Origin: Mytilus edulis
Taxonomy: Eukaryota
Reading direction: 5' to 3'
DNA: 64,000 bases
Assembly: GCF_963676685.1 (NCBI RefSeq)
Contig: NC_092353.1
Coordinates: forward strand, 9,424,001 to 9,488,000
In this document: positions 1 to 11,117 of the stretch, one piece after another
How the letters are laid out: each line of letters starts with the position of its first letter
Position numbering within the stretch: position 1 is the first letter of the stretch
Position numbers and translations under genes: made by a program
The notes under the pieces: generated by a model
The model's database searches: none
Told to the model about the DNA's origin: nothing
Seen by the model: only the letters and a program-made list of their open reading frames with translations

Positions 1-838
1 TATCACAACTTTACATCCTTGATCATTTAGTTGTGATAAAACGTCACCAATTGATTCAATACTTGCGTCTGTATCTAAAATGAAATCCTTTGTGAAATCC
101 GGATGTGCCAGAACAGAATCGTTTTGAATTTATTTTCAAAATTTCAAAAGATTTTTTAACACCTCATACATAGGGTTTTTCCTTTTCTATAAGAACGTGT
201 AAGCACCTGGCTATAATTGTAAAGTTTTGTATATACCGTCTGTAATAACTGCATAGTCCCAAAAACGAATGTATTTTAGTCACATTGCTTGGGATTGGCC
301 AGTTTTTCACGACTTCAATGTTGTCCCAAAAATAATACCTCTTTTGCACACAAATAACATTTCTTTGCTTAAAGCTTAAGACCAGCTGCACCTAGCCTTT
401 CAAATACTCGATCAAGATTAACTAACATGTCACTAAATGTTTTTTCCAGCTACGATTACAACATCTTAAGAAACTTAACAAATGTCCCATTGCAACACAG
501 CAAGAACTGTTTCCATCAATCTTTCAAATGTACTGGGTACACATCATAGACAAAAGGGCATAACTTTGAATTGAAACAAGCCTCGTCTTGTAGCTGTTTT
601 GTAACTATCATCAGGATGCATTTCCACTTGCCAATAACCTGAACATGAGAACCAGGCACTGCCAGCAACTTGTTCCAGGGACTCGTCAATACGAAGGAGC
701 GGATATGCATCTTTTACCGTTACCTTGTTCAATCTTTAATAATCAACACAGAAGCGATAAGATCCGTCCTTTTCTTCTCGGGTTAACAGGCTGGCATCGA
801 TTTTGTTTGATCCCTGACTGTCACAAACCAACAACTGT
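1..838 (-). mobile_element. Degenerate Ty3/Gypsy LTR-retrotransposon pol fragment (RT, connection, RNase H start), frameshifted
   Basis: Minus-strand pieces read NKVTVKDAYPLLRIDESL, GYWQVEM, RGLFQFKVMPF, NWPIPSNVTKIHSFLGLCSYYRRYI and VLAHPDFTKDFILDTDAS. These are typical Gypsy RT/RNase H motifs, split over several frames. Confidence 0.9.
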
Positions 839-1884
839 AGAGATTGTATTGCGTAGAATGCAATCAATATAAAGTATTTAAAACAGTTGCCAGTCTATTT
901 AATACTGTGCAAGTACCTTTCATCAAAAGAATTAGCAAAACAATATTCACGACTACTAAGTATATGCATCATTATAGAGTAGTGACTGAATGAGAGCAGA
1001 TGTGGTGCGTGTTTAAGATATGCATACATCATAACCAATCACAATTGAAAGTGTATTGTCTCATACCTACTCTTACAGTAATCGTCATTTCTAGGAATAT
1101 GGCTGAACTGGTGCTGTTGTAATAATGTCATGAAATGGATATAGTAGACATTTTGTAAAATGATATCTTGGCCCAAAATGTTACTTGCGTCAAATAAGAT
1201 TCTTTATATGCGGCAAATTTTGCCCCAAATAGGACCTTGTCCTCTTCACAACTTGGGTTTCGAATACTTCAGTAATTGACACTTTACCCTTCACTACAAT
1301 GGCGGATCGTCGAAGTCTTTGTTTTAAAATAGGAGTACATTTCCTTGTTCTATTTATTTTACTGTGCCAAAAGTTCAGGTTTTGACAATTCACAATAAAG
1401 ACAGATCGAACAACGATTCATGCCTTGATAAGATATAAATTTGATGACAACAAAACAGAATTAAGCAATGAAGATATAGCTAAAATAAACCTTTTGTAAG
1501 TGTGACTTTCTCGGTTTAATCAACACATAAATTGGTCTTTTTCACATGAGAAAAAAAACTAGAATAGACTTATACATTGTAGTTGTTAATTCTTATATAT
1601 GTAAGCTATCGTTGTATCTTATCTTCTTGTCTGACGCCAACTAGATACATGTTGTAGGACTATCTCTATATTTAAGTAGGGAGAAATTATAACCTTAAAT
1701 TCTATGTTAAAGTTATTATGTTTATGTATATTCACTTAAATCAGTCATGCGCAGAAAAAAACATGCCTAAACTAATTAAAGTGAAGATCTATTTCAATTG
1801 AACTAGAGACTAACATACAAAATAACAGCAATTCCCATGTTCCTAATTAATAACTTTACATTTTTTTCATGAACCAATATTCTG

Positions 1885-2620
1885 GTACAAAATCTCACAA
1901 GCAGTTACGAAGCCGGACTATGTTGCAGTCAACAAATGCTAATACTTATATGCATGTGGCCAAAGTATATTTTTAAAAAGAAAAACATTTCACCTTCTTC
2001 ATCAATTATATCATTCATCGAATCCCCAGCTCAGGCTGTGCATTGAACATTTCCATTTATACAGTTAGGATTAAAATTCTCCCAACTATATTTTGTAAGT
2101 AGCCATTGATCAATGTTATGAGAGTATTATATACGTTGGGAGAATTTTTATTCACATTTTGTTACTACATTGAGTTATCAAAATAATTTAATTATTCATG
2201 CACATGAACTTATCGAAGTGAATATCTTTATCAATTACACTGGATACTATATAATAGTATTGCATTTTATTTACTTAAACATGATTAATAACGTTTTGAA
2301 CATGTACCATTTCTCTCATTAAGTACAAAATCTCCCAAGCAGCTATACGTACTCGGACAATGTTGCAGTAAACAAATTCGAAATATATGCATGTGGCCAA
2401 AGTGTCATTTAAAAAAGGGAAGACACGATCTTATTCAAACATGATATTTATCATTGAAATCTCTGCACAGGTTTTACAGGTAAAAGTTATATTTAAACAA
2501 TTTGGTCATAATTAAAATTCTCCCAACAACGACTAATTGGCTATAGATAGTTGTTATAAAAAGTTAATAATACGTTGGGAGAATTCCAATTTACATTTTA
2601 TTAATACAATGAGTTCCCTA
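1885..2620. repeat. Older ~440-bp tandem duplication upstream of the vWA gene; each unit contains an inverted repeat
   Basis: GTACAAAATCTC.CAAGCAG...ATGTTGCAGT.AACAAAT...TGCATGTGGCCAAAGT occurs at ~1885 and ~2323. Inverted pairs AATTCTCCCAAC/GTTGGGAGAATT lie at 2073-2148 and 2516-2585. The block recurs at ~12340-13080. Confidence 0.8.
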
Positions 2621-3235
2621 GTTATGCTTATTTAAAAACAATGTAAATATCAATCAAGAGAACAAATACAGAAAATGCAAATATAATTGAGCCAATATTC
2701 ATATAGTTTTTCTACTGATACGAAACATTTCTGTCGATTTAGGTGTCTACTCGGACAACCTCGTGTGTTTTCCTGTAAATTACGTACATGATCAGACTTA
2801 TTTTTATCTATATAAATGTTTACGTCAACAGATTGTACAGTATATAAACCGTATGATTACTTATATGGATCATAATATATCTGTAGTTCACAGCATAAAC
2901 ATTTAGATTGTAATAAAAGTGAGTATTATATTTATTATAGACAAAAGCACCTGCATCAGCTTCAAATTAGTTCTTTTCAAACGACATAAACATGATAAAA
3001 GGGACAACAAAATCAGGTGCCTGAAATGAATCATGTTCCAAAAAACAAAACATATCGGCATAAAGTTGTGTTTTAATATCTTATTTGACAAATTTGTTTT
3101 AAACTTAACATAGAAGGATAACATATAAGATAATGATAAGAGATAAACACTAAGAAGTAAATTATTTAGTTTACTCTGCACAGTCAAACATATATACGTA
3201 TGATTATAATGCATTATATTTTTTTCAGATCAAAG

Positions 3236-5348
3236 ATGACTTTACCAGGTGGGCCGATGGAAATATGTTTTTCATTTGATACGACTGGATCTATGTCTGG
3301 TTGTATCAATGAAGTGAAAGGAAATGTTCAGGACATGATACAACGCCTCCAAGCGGACATTCCTGGTATTCGAATGGCAGTATTTGCTCATGGTGACTAC
3401 TGTGACAAACACAACTACATAACGAAACATATTGACTTCTCGACAAATGTAGCAGAACTGTGTACTTGGGTAAAAAATGTGGGATCTACCGGCGGTGGTG
3501 ATGGGGATGAATGCTACGAACTTGTTTTACAAAACGTCCAAAAGTTGTCTTGGACCCCAGGGTCAAAGAGAGCGCTTGTGATGATTGGCGATGCTGATCC
3601 ACACGAACCCGGATATAAATATGGCGGGAAAACTTATAAAATAGATTGGAGGAAAGAGGCATACCAGCTAATGACAATGGTAATTTCTTTCGTAGAGTAT
3701 AATCTTCATAACTATATTTCATACTTTGACCCATTCATCGAGAAACATTTGTTTTTGGTATTTCAAAAAACTAACTTTAGTTAATTTAATATTTGTTTAC
3801 ATATTATGCACACAACACTGTCAACAAGATTTTATTGTTGATGTTTTTATTTGTTTATACTTGTGTTATCAGAATAATATTAAAAATATATATTTTCAGA
3901 ATGTTAGAATATATGGCGTACAGTGCAGAGGTTATAATTCAACGAAGGATTTCTACAAAAAGATGTCTACTGCCACAGATGGCAAATGTTTAGAATTAGC
4001 AGATTTCAGTAACATGTTTGATTTTATGATGGCAATTTGTTACAGAGAACACGATGAAACTCTCTTACAGGTACACATTTAATATTCCCACAAAATAATT
4101 TTGATCTAGACAAAGCTAGGCTAGCAAAATAATCGACTGTAATGATGCATATTGAAATCCAAACATAAACATAAACATATTTTATTTCACTGGTCAAGGA
4201 CCAACATGGCAAATGACGATAAATCATTATAATAGAATGCAAACAAAAGAATCAAACAAATTTCACCATATCAGAAAAGTTTAACATTTTGATAATTTTC
4301 AAAGCAAAACATGCTAGTATAAGAAACATGGTTATTATTATTTTAGAACTACGAGAAAGAGGTTCGGGCTAGAGGGTCTACGGTTCATAAAGATTTAGAT
4401 GCATTATTTGGGAAATTGATATCAGACGCTGATGTGATGGATACAGTTCCTGCTCCCATAACAAAGATACCATCGTTAACAAAGCCTGGATCTATAAAAG
4501 CCCTAAAACCTACTCCAAAGCCAGTACTAAAGAAAACCATAAAGACAAAGGCTCTACGCTTCAAACCAATGCATGATAAATTGAAGGACAAGAGGAAAAA
4601 CGGACTTTTTGGTAAATACAAGGTATGCAATGTGTATGTGATATAAGCATTAGTTATAAACTATTTTATTGATTATAAAAATATATAATGAAATTTCAGG
4701 TATATATTTGAAACATATCTGTGTTTAATAGATCAACTTCGTAGTCATAGATATATATTATAATATATTAAATAAATTCAATTTGATTTAATAAAGACTC
4801 TTAACTATATAAGACTAATTCGAACATAAAATTTTATAATAGACTACTTCTGTACATTTCAGCTACAAAACTTGCCAAAACTAAAGAGGGAAAATGTTCC
4901 CGAGGCAAATTTCATGTTGAATAGCGCACATTGGTCTAAATGGCAGGTGGCAATGGTATCGTCTGTGCCAGCTGACGAGGAGCACAAGTGGGAAAAACGG
5001 CATGGGGATTCAGAAGGATATAGAAGGAAAGTAATTTGTGGCGGAAGTTACAAGAAACCAACTTTATACGAGTTCGCAGTACAAAATGGAGAACGTTGTA
5101 GGAGATACGTTGTTTACTGCAAGTCAAGTAAAGGATTCATTTTGGATAGAGGGTCATGGGAAACTAGATTATTGACAAAGTCAGACGTGAAGTCTCAGAT
5201 AAATGACATTTTGAAAAAAGACATGCGACTGTTTGTCCGAAGTTGTCCATTAATGAAAAGCCAAGATAAACTACTAGCATTGAATCATTATGACTACGCT
5301 TGGTCAAACAAAGGGTCAATAAGAACTGTGAAACACATAGATGTATAG
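3236..5348 (+). CDS. vWA-domain protein with Lys/Pro linker and C-terminal ET/HRT-type GIY-YIG-like domain, copy A; join(3236..3679,3900..4070,4347..4622,4863..5348), 458 aa
   Basis: There are four exons (444+171+276+486 nt), all with GT-AG phase-0 junctions, joining into one open frame. The MIDAS-type DTTGSM, GGGDGDECYE and IGDADPHE motifs indicate vWA. An acceptor at 3227-3228 implies a non-coding upstream exon. Confidence 0.88.
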
Positions 5349-7304
5349 AACTATATATGGGCACTTATAACTATAGTAATACTGGTGCATTTGTTATAAA
5401 TACTCATCTAAGAAGGGGATGACTAACAGTATATATCATGTCTCGGACAAACATTTTCATTTTTGTTTTGCTGTGTATATTTCATAACATATCAAATGTT
5501 ATCCTGATTGTAAATAATGTAAATATAATATATAGTGTACATTTGTAAGAAGGAAAACACAGTTCAGCCAAGTTCACTTCTGTGATGAATTAATTGTGAT
5601 AAATAAGGTTTAAATATATACAAATGTATATAGTGAACAATTATTGGTTTGTTGTATATATGTAAATAGTTCAAATACATGTAAATAAAATATGTTATAA
5701 ATAATAATTACTGTTGCTTCTGATTTAACCATGTGCTCACCGGTCATATGCTGACATTAATAAAGCAGAGGGCATATACACGAACACATAAACAATGAAC
5801 ACAAACCATTCAATAAAAGTTCCTCGATTGTTCTTTAATCTAATTTGATATAGACATCTAAACTAAAATTTCAAAGTTGCAAAAGTAAAAGTAAAACGGT
5901 GATATGAATAGCATTATGCACCAATGACGATTATTATACAACTCTAACATGCTGCTCCTGTACACAGATTTTGTATATAATTCAGATAGAAGTTCGTTTT
6001 TTTCTAAAAACAAATCAATTGGGTACGTGTAACATACAGTGTATTTCAATGTATATTTGAGTTATGCCGTTTTGTCGGATGAATTTCACTATACTGGCAT
6101 GAACATACGAGTATTATTTGATTTGTCTTTGTTAGCATTTCCTCACTTGTATTAGGTTTTGGATTTTGGGCTCGAATGATCATTTATTTTGATTGACAAT
6201 TAACGTTGGAACGTTAATTTTATACAGGAACATATAGTTATGAGCTTGGTGTTAACCACAATTTGACAACAAAAAAATCTACAACTGATCGATCTTAAAT
6301 ATTGTATAAAAATATTGAAAAACTAGGATGAGAGTACCAAGGAAGCAATAAAAAACTGAAATGAACAAACAATCACTAAACAGATACAGATTACAAACCA
6401 TTCAAGTAAATGGGCGAGCAATTATGCACAAAACACCACACTTAATGTTAAAAATAACCAACACGGACCCCCACAAACGTTAACAGGGGTGATCTCATAT
6501 GCTCTGGAATTGTACAGCAAATCAAGCTTAATAAGTGACATTCGTTATTTCACTCATTTGCAGTAATTTTATAATTATTAGCATTCAGTGATGTCACAAT
6601 TGAAGAGAAGAGGACGGAAGTGTAACGTGTAACGGGCTATCAATGATCCGTATCTTAATAAATCAGGATTTCAAGTGTTCAACTCAAATTTGCACCACAA
6701 CAAGTTGTCCTATTTTAAACTTAACACACCCTTAAACGAATTTACAATATGTCAAATATATACACACCACAACGCACATAAATTAAATTACAAGGTAAAG
6801 TTCCTCATTCACAATGTATAAACACAATGCCTTATTGCAGAACATATACACAATGTCACTATGCAATCACTATGCAGCATGTATTAAGAATCTATTAAGC
6901 CTGATAATTCACAATGTCACTTACATATCACTATGCAGCATGCATCAGACACTTTATTACACAATGTCACCAACGGATTACTATGCAACATGCATCAGAT
7001 AAATATCACACAAAACGTATGAACACATTTATAGCACATATATACAACATCAATTAACAATATCCACCAATTTGTAATATCACCTTATGCATGTTCAATT
7101 ACACTTTCACAATGCACAAGGAATGTATATCAACACAGCTCATATCACACACTAATTATCACTATGAATCCAAACGAAATGAATATATTCCAAACTGGTA
7201 AGATTAAACACAGTGCACTTTCACTTATACACTTCCACAATATAACAACTTGCAACACCAGCAAGTATACACCTTGTATTCTCACTAACACACTTCCACA
7301 ATGT

Positions 7305-8487
7305 AACAAAGAGGGTCGAAAGATACCAGAGGGAAGTCAAACTCATAAATCGAAAATAAACTGACAATGCCTGGCTAAAAAAGAAGATAAACAAACAAGC
7401 AATATAATACATGACACAACATAGAAAAATAAAGAATAAGCAACACGAACCCCACCAAAAACTAGGGGTGATCGAAGGTACTCCAGAAGGGTAAGCAGAT
7501 CCTGCTCCACATGTGGCACCCGTCGTGTTGCTTATGTTATAACAAATCCGGTAAATAGTCTAATTCGGTAGGTCACATTCATGAAAGGGAAGGGGATTGT
7601 AGTTACGTAAGGAACATATCCGATATCATTTGTGAAACGGTTATTCCATAACGGTCAACCAACTCGTGATGGCGTCCGTAAAATTTACGAAGGGATGAAT
7701 TCAACTTCACCATTGGAACTCTTTGTTTAATAGCTTCCTTGTAAGCAGCAACCCTCTATCAAGAAAATCATGTTAGGGAATGCAAGCACAGGAATATCGT
7801 ATCAATTGGGCGATATATAACCCGTATGCACGTGCTGCAGGAATGTTGCTACTTAGAAATGGAAATTTCACAATTGGAAAACTGAAATCATTTCTTTTGT
7901 CGTAAAGTTTTGTTTTCAACCGACCCTCATTGTCAATTTCTAGACGTAAGTCAAGATATGAGGCCGACTTAACTGTATCTGTTGTATCCTTTATCTCTAG
8001 TTCGATGGGATAGATGCGTTCAACATAGTCACCAAAGTTTGAATTATTTAGTGAAAGAACGTCATCAATATAGCGGAAAGTAGAGTTAAAGGATATTGCT
8101 AACTTCTTATATTTCTTTCTAAGAAGTTCATGAATGAAGTCAACCTCATAATAATAAAGAAACAAGTCGGCAAGAAGAGGTGCACAATTGGTTCCCATTG
8201 GAATGCCGACAGTCTTTTGTTTTAATCAAAGTGATCCTGTACAAAGTAGGATTTATCCCTCCCATAAACAAGATACTTGCATCTACGATGGCCATTATTT
8301 TTATGAAACAAAGCAATACCAACTCTTTCAATTTGTCTTTTAGTATGGAATATGGAATACTTGTGTAAAGAGTAGAAAAGTCAAAAGTTTTAATACTATT
8401 GCAAGATGAAAGAGAGTTAGATTGTATGTACTCTAAAAGATCTTTGGAATCTTTAAGTATCCACATCTGATTCACGCCACCTCTTGC
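7305..8487 (-). mobile_element. 5'-truncated, internally deleted Penelope-like retroelement (RT remnant plus 3' end)
   Basis: Motifs include KTFDFSTLYTSIP, GTNCAPLLADLFL, FRYIDDVL, SYLDL and LYDKRNDFSFPIV..SNIP..AYG...QLIRY. A frameshift and deletion lie near 8200. A fragment of the same 3' end recurs inverted at ~24990-25030. Confidence 0.85.
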
Positions 8488-8669
8488 AACTTGCAACACC
8501 AGCAGATATACACCTTGTACTTTAACTGTAGAATAACTTTGTTTAAACATAATTTCCAGAAGCACAAGCATATCAGAAATTTGATGACCACTCCGAAATA
8601 TATTGCACTTAATAGGTTTGATATAATTTAGCCTCTGCAGCGGCAACAAGACCTACTCTTATCGAAATC

Positions 8670-8752
8670 TGCAGGAGGGGTCTTTTACATGCACAGGTCT
8701 TGATATTTTCCTGTACATGGGGCCTCGGATTTAACGTCCCCATCCGAAGGAC
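8670..8752. repeat. Fragment resembling the Nin/Deu conserved SINE domain
   Basis: GGGGTCTTTTACATGCAC...ACATGGGGCCTCGGATTTAACGTCCCATCCGAAGGAC resembles the Nin-domain consensus as I recall it; not verified. Confidence 0.35.
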
Positions 8753-8907
8753 ACATAATGAAAAAAACACAAAAAACATGGCAGAAATATATGGTTTATT
8801 TCAGTAATTTCTTTCGATTGAATAAAAATAAACACGATGTACATGTAGCAACACAAGCATATAATAATCAAATTCAAATTAAACTATTCCATGAAATTGT
8901 TCGTTAT

Positions 8908-9620
8908 TCACTTAGGAACCTTCATTTCAACAACTTTCACTTGTTTTCCATCTTTTAGATACTTTGTTATTGTCTTCACGTTTATAGTTTTCATATTATC
9001 TACACTGACATCTGTGAGGTATTTTATCAAATCCAAGAGTCGCTGTATTAATACTTTGTCTTGAGAAGTTTCATTTTTAGATCCTGCACTGTAGTTGTTT
9101 TCCTTTTCTTTGGTGCAATTATAGGCATGGGGTCTGTTTTTTTCCTGAAAATTCCTCACATGTTCACACTCTCATCTGTTTCGACCACAGGATTCTTTGG
9201 CTGACTAACAATAAGTTCACTTGGTTTATCAACAAGTTTTAAATCATCATCATCATCCTCATCACTAGATATATCGTCATAATCTGTAAACAGACTCTTT
9301 GAATTGTCCAACTTCAAAAAGTTCTCCTTCTTCTGGTTCTGTGGTTATTCTTGTTTTATTTTTATCAACTGTTTGAGTTGCAGGCTCACTTGAACATACA
9401 GGTTTCTCGTTGTTGTTTTCATCTTTACTTTTATCTTCATAGATTGATTTTGTTATTGGTTTTTGCTTCTTATCATCACTCTCACTCTCAGTGTCCTCAG
9501 ATTCATCTTTATTATCTGTACTACAATGAACCTTCTTAAAGTGCCTGGTGAGATTAGCTCTCTTATTTGTGTTATAAGAACACAACTAACAGAAAAGCCT
9601 ATAATCTGTACACTCAATTA
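8908..9620 (-). pseudogene. Disrupted ORF with one C2H2 zinc finger and an acidic low-complexity region (probably a retroelement accessory ORF)
   Basis: It reads RLFC*LCSYNTNKRANLTRHFKKVH, a C-x2-C...H-x4-H pattern with an in-frame stop. Acidic D/E/S/K sequence follows, broken by frameshifts. Confidence 0.5.
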
Positions 9621-10139
9621 AATTCGACAGGACAGAATGGAATTGAAACTTTTCCTCTAGGACTTGTGTAAAAACAACCTTCCTTTGTGTTTTCTTGGAA
9701 TTCGACATGATGTCCTTCTGAAAATACAACAATAAGAACACACTAATAATCTTTAGAATAAACTATAAAAACAACACCAATTATATATACAATTTTATGT
9801 ACATCATGAAAAACTATCTTTAATATACACGTAATATACACCCTGACGCTTATTCAACACAGTAATCCTTCATCCATACAAGCTTACAGGTTTACAACGC
9901 CTTCTCATTGCAGGCTCATGACTACTTTCTTCCAAACACTTTGTTCCTAAGTCACTTGAGACATTCTCTTCTTCATTTTGCATGTTTCCCCAACCTTCTG
10001 TACTACATCCATCGTTAACTGGTTCTCGTTCCTGACCGTTCTCACTTTCTATCGCCTCGTCTCAGAGATATTTACAATATTTTTTACCTGATTAAATCAA
10101 ATATGCAATAAAAAATATACCTTCATGTGCTACCTTTTG

Positions 10140-10639
10140 AGTTAAATGAGGTCGAAATTTTGTATATTTGCTCAAAATTCGGATTTGCGGCTGTATTTTC
10201 CCTTTTGAAAGAAAGACATAACTTTTTTGTTTTAAAAGATAAACACAAATTGTTTTTTGTTAAATAATTTGTAATTTCTGTATTTTATTAGTATTCTAAA
10301 AATTTGTGCATTTTTTGTTCAGAAATAACTCATTTTTATTAAATGGTCATGAATTGAGAAAAAAAAACGTCATTTTTTGCTGTATATTTATCAAAATTAA
10401 AAAAATTGCACTATTTACAGTTTTATAAAATTTGGTCCATATAATCTCCCTGCAAAATGAAACAAAATGTCGTTTTAAAAAATGGGGGTCCATGCACTCG
10501 TTTTCAAATTAAATCAGTTTTAATGATAAAAATCAGTCGAAAAATGCATCTTTTCCCGATATGTCACAGTTTGACGTCGGGAAAATAACATTTTATGTTA
10601 GCAATATCATTACCTCCCCTGTAACTGTATCGTATGCCC
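10140..10639. mobile_element. One end of a TTAA-inserting DNA transposon (Kolobok-like, GG terminus)
   Basis: It ends ...CCCCTGTAACTGTATCGTATGCCC|TTAA (10640-10643). The paralogous empty site in copy A is GC-TTAA-AGCTT (369-372). A similar start TTAAGGGCATAC occurs at ~31273. The other end was not found. Confidence 0.5.
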
Positions 10640-10643
10640 TTAA

Positions 10644-11117
10644 AGCTTTAGACCAGCTGCACCTAGCCTTTCAAATACTCGATCAAGATTAACTAACAAG
10701 TCACTATTATTTTTATCCAGCTACGATTACATCATCTTAAGAAACTTAACAAATGTCCCATTGCAACACAGCAAGAACTGTTTCCACCAATCTTTCAAAT
10801 GTACTGGGTACACATCATAGACAAAAGGGCATAACTTTGAATTGAAACAAGCCTCGTCTTGTAGCAAAAGCTGGTTTGTAACTATCATCAGGATGCATTT
10901 CCACTTGCCAGTAACTTGAACATGAGAACCAGGCACTGCCAGCAACTTGTTCCAGCGACTCGTCAATACGAGGGAGCAGATATGCATCTTTTACCGTTAC
11001 CTTGTTCTATCCTTGATAATCAACACAGAAGCGATAAGATCCGTCCTTTTTCTTCTCGGGTTAACAGGCTGGCATCGATTTTGTTTGATCTCTGACTGTC
11101 ACAAACCAACAACTGTA
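10644..11117 (-). mobile_element. Degenerate Gypsy RT fragment (duplicate of 373-838)
   Basis: It carries the same RT remnant (KDAYLLPRIDESL, GYWQVEM, RGLFQFKVMPF). Confidence 0.85.

Larger units (their letters stand above)
369..6088 (+). repeat. Segmental duplication, copy A (paired with 10640-16567)
   Basis: Near-identical colinear sequence runs from TTAAAGCTT..GACCAGCTGCACCTAG (369 vs 10640) to TTGTCGGATGAATTTCA (~6088 vs ~16567). One non-homologous patch lies at ~840-1148 vs ~11118-11588. Confidence 0.95.
6621..10080 (-). mobile_element. Possible 3' part/LTR end of a degenerate Gypsy element carrying an accessory ORF, interrupted by a Penelope-like insertion
   Basis: A TGTAAC terminus-like motif lies at 6621/6628, and minus-strand ORF remnants are colinear with the Gypsy RT at 10644-11117. 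Boundaries are uncertain. Confidence 0.35.

Noticed and set aside
3200-3784. ORF-track start at 3200 and C-terminal VISFVEY... extension (same for 13672-14256)
   Set aside because: The start lies in an intron (acceptor at 3227-3228) and the tail runs past the donor at 3680.
7246-8519. 33-bp direct repeat flanking the Penelope-like insert as a long TSD
   Set aside because: It is explained by a pre-existing ~61-bp tandem duplication (CACTTCCACAAT at 7230 and 7291) whose second unit was interrupted by the insertion.
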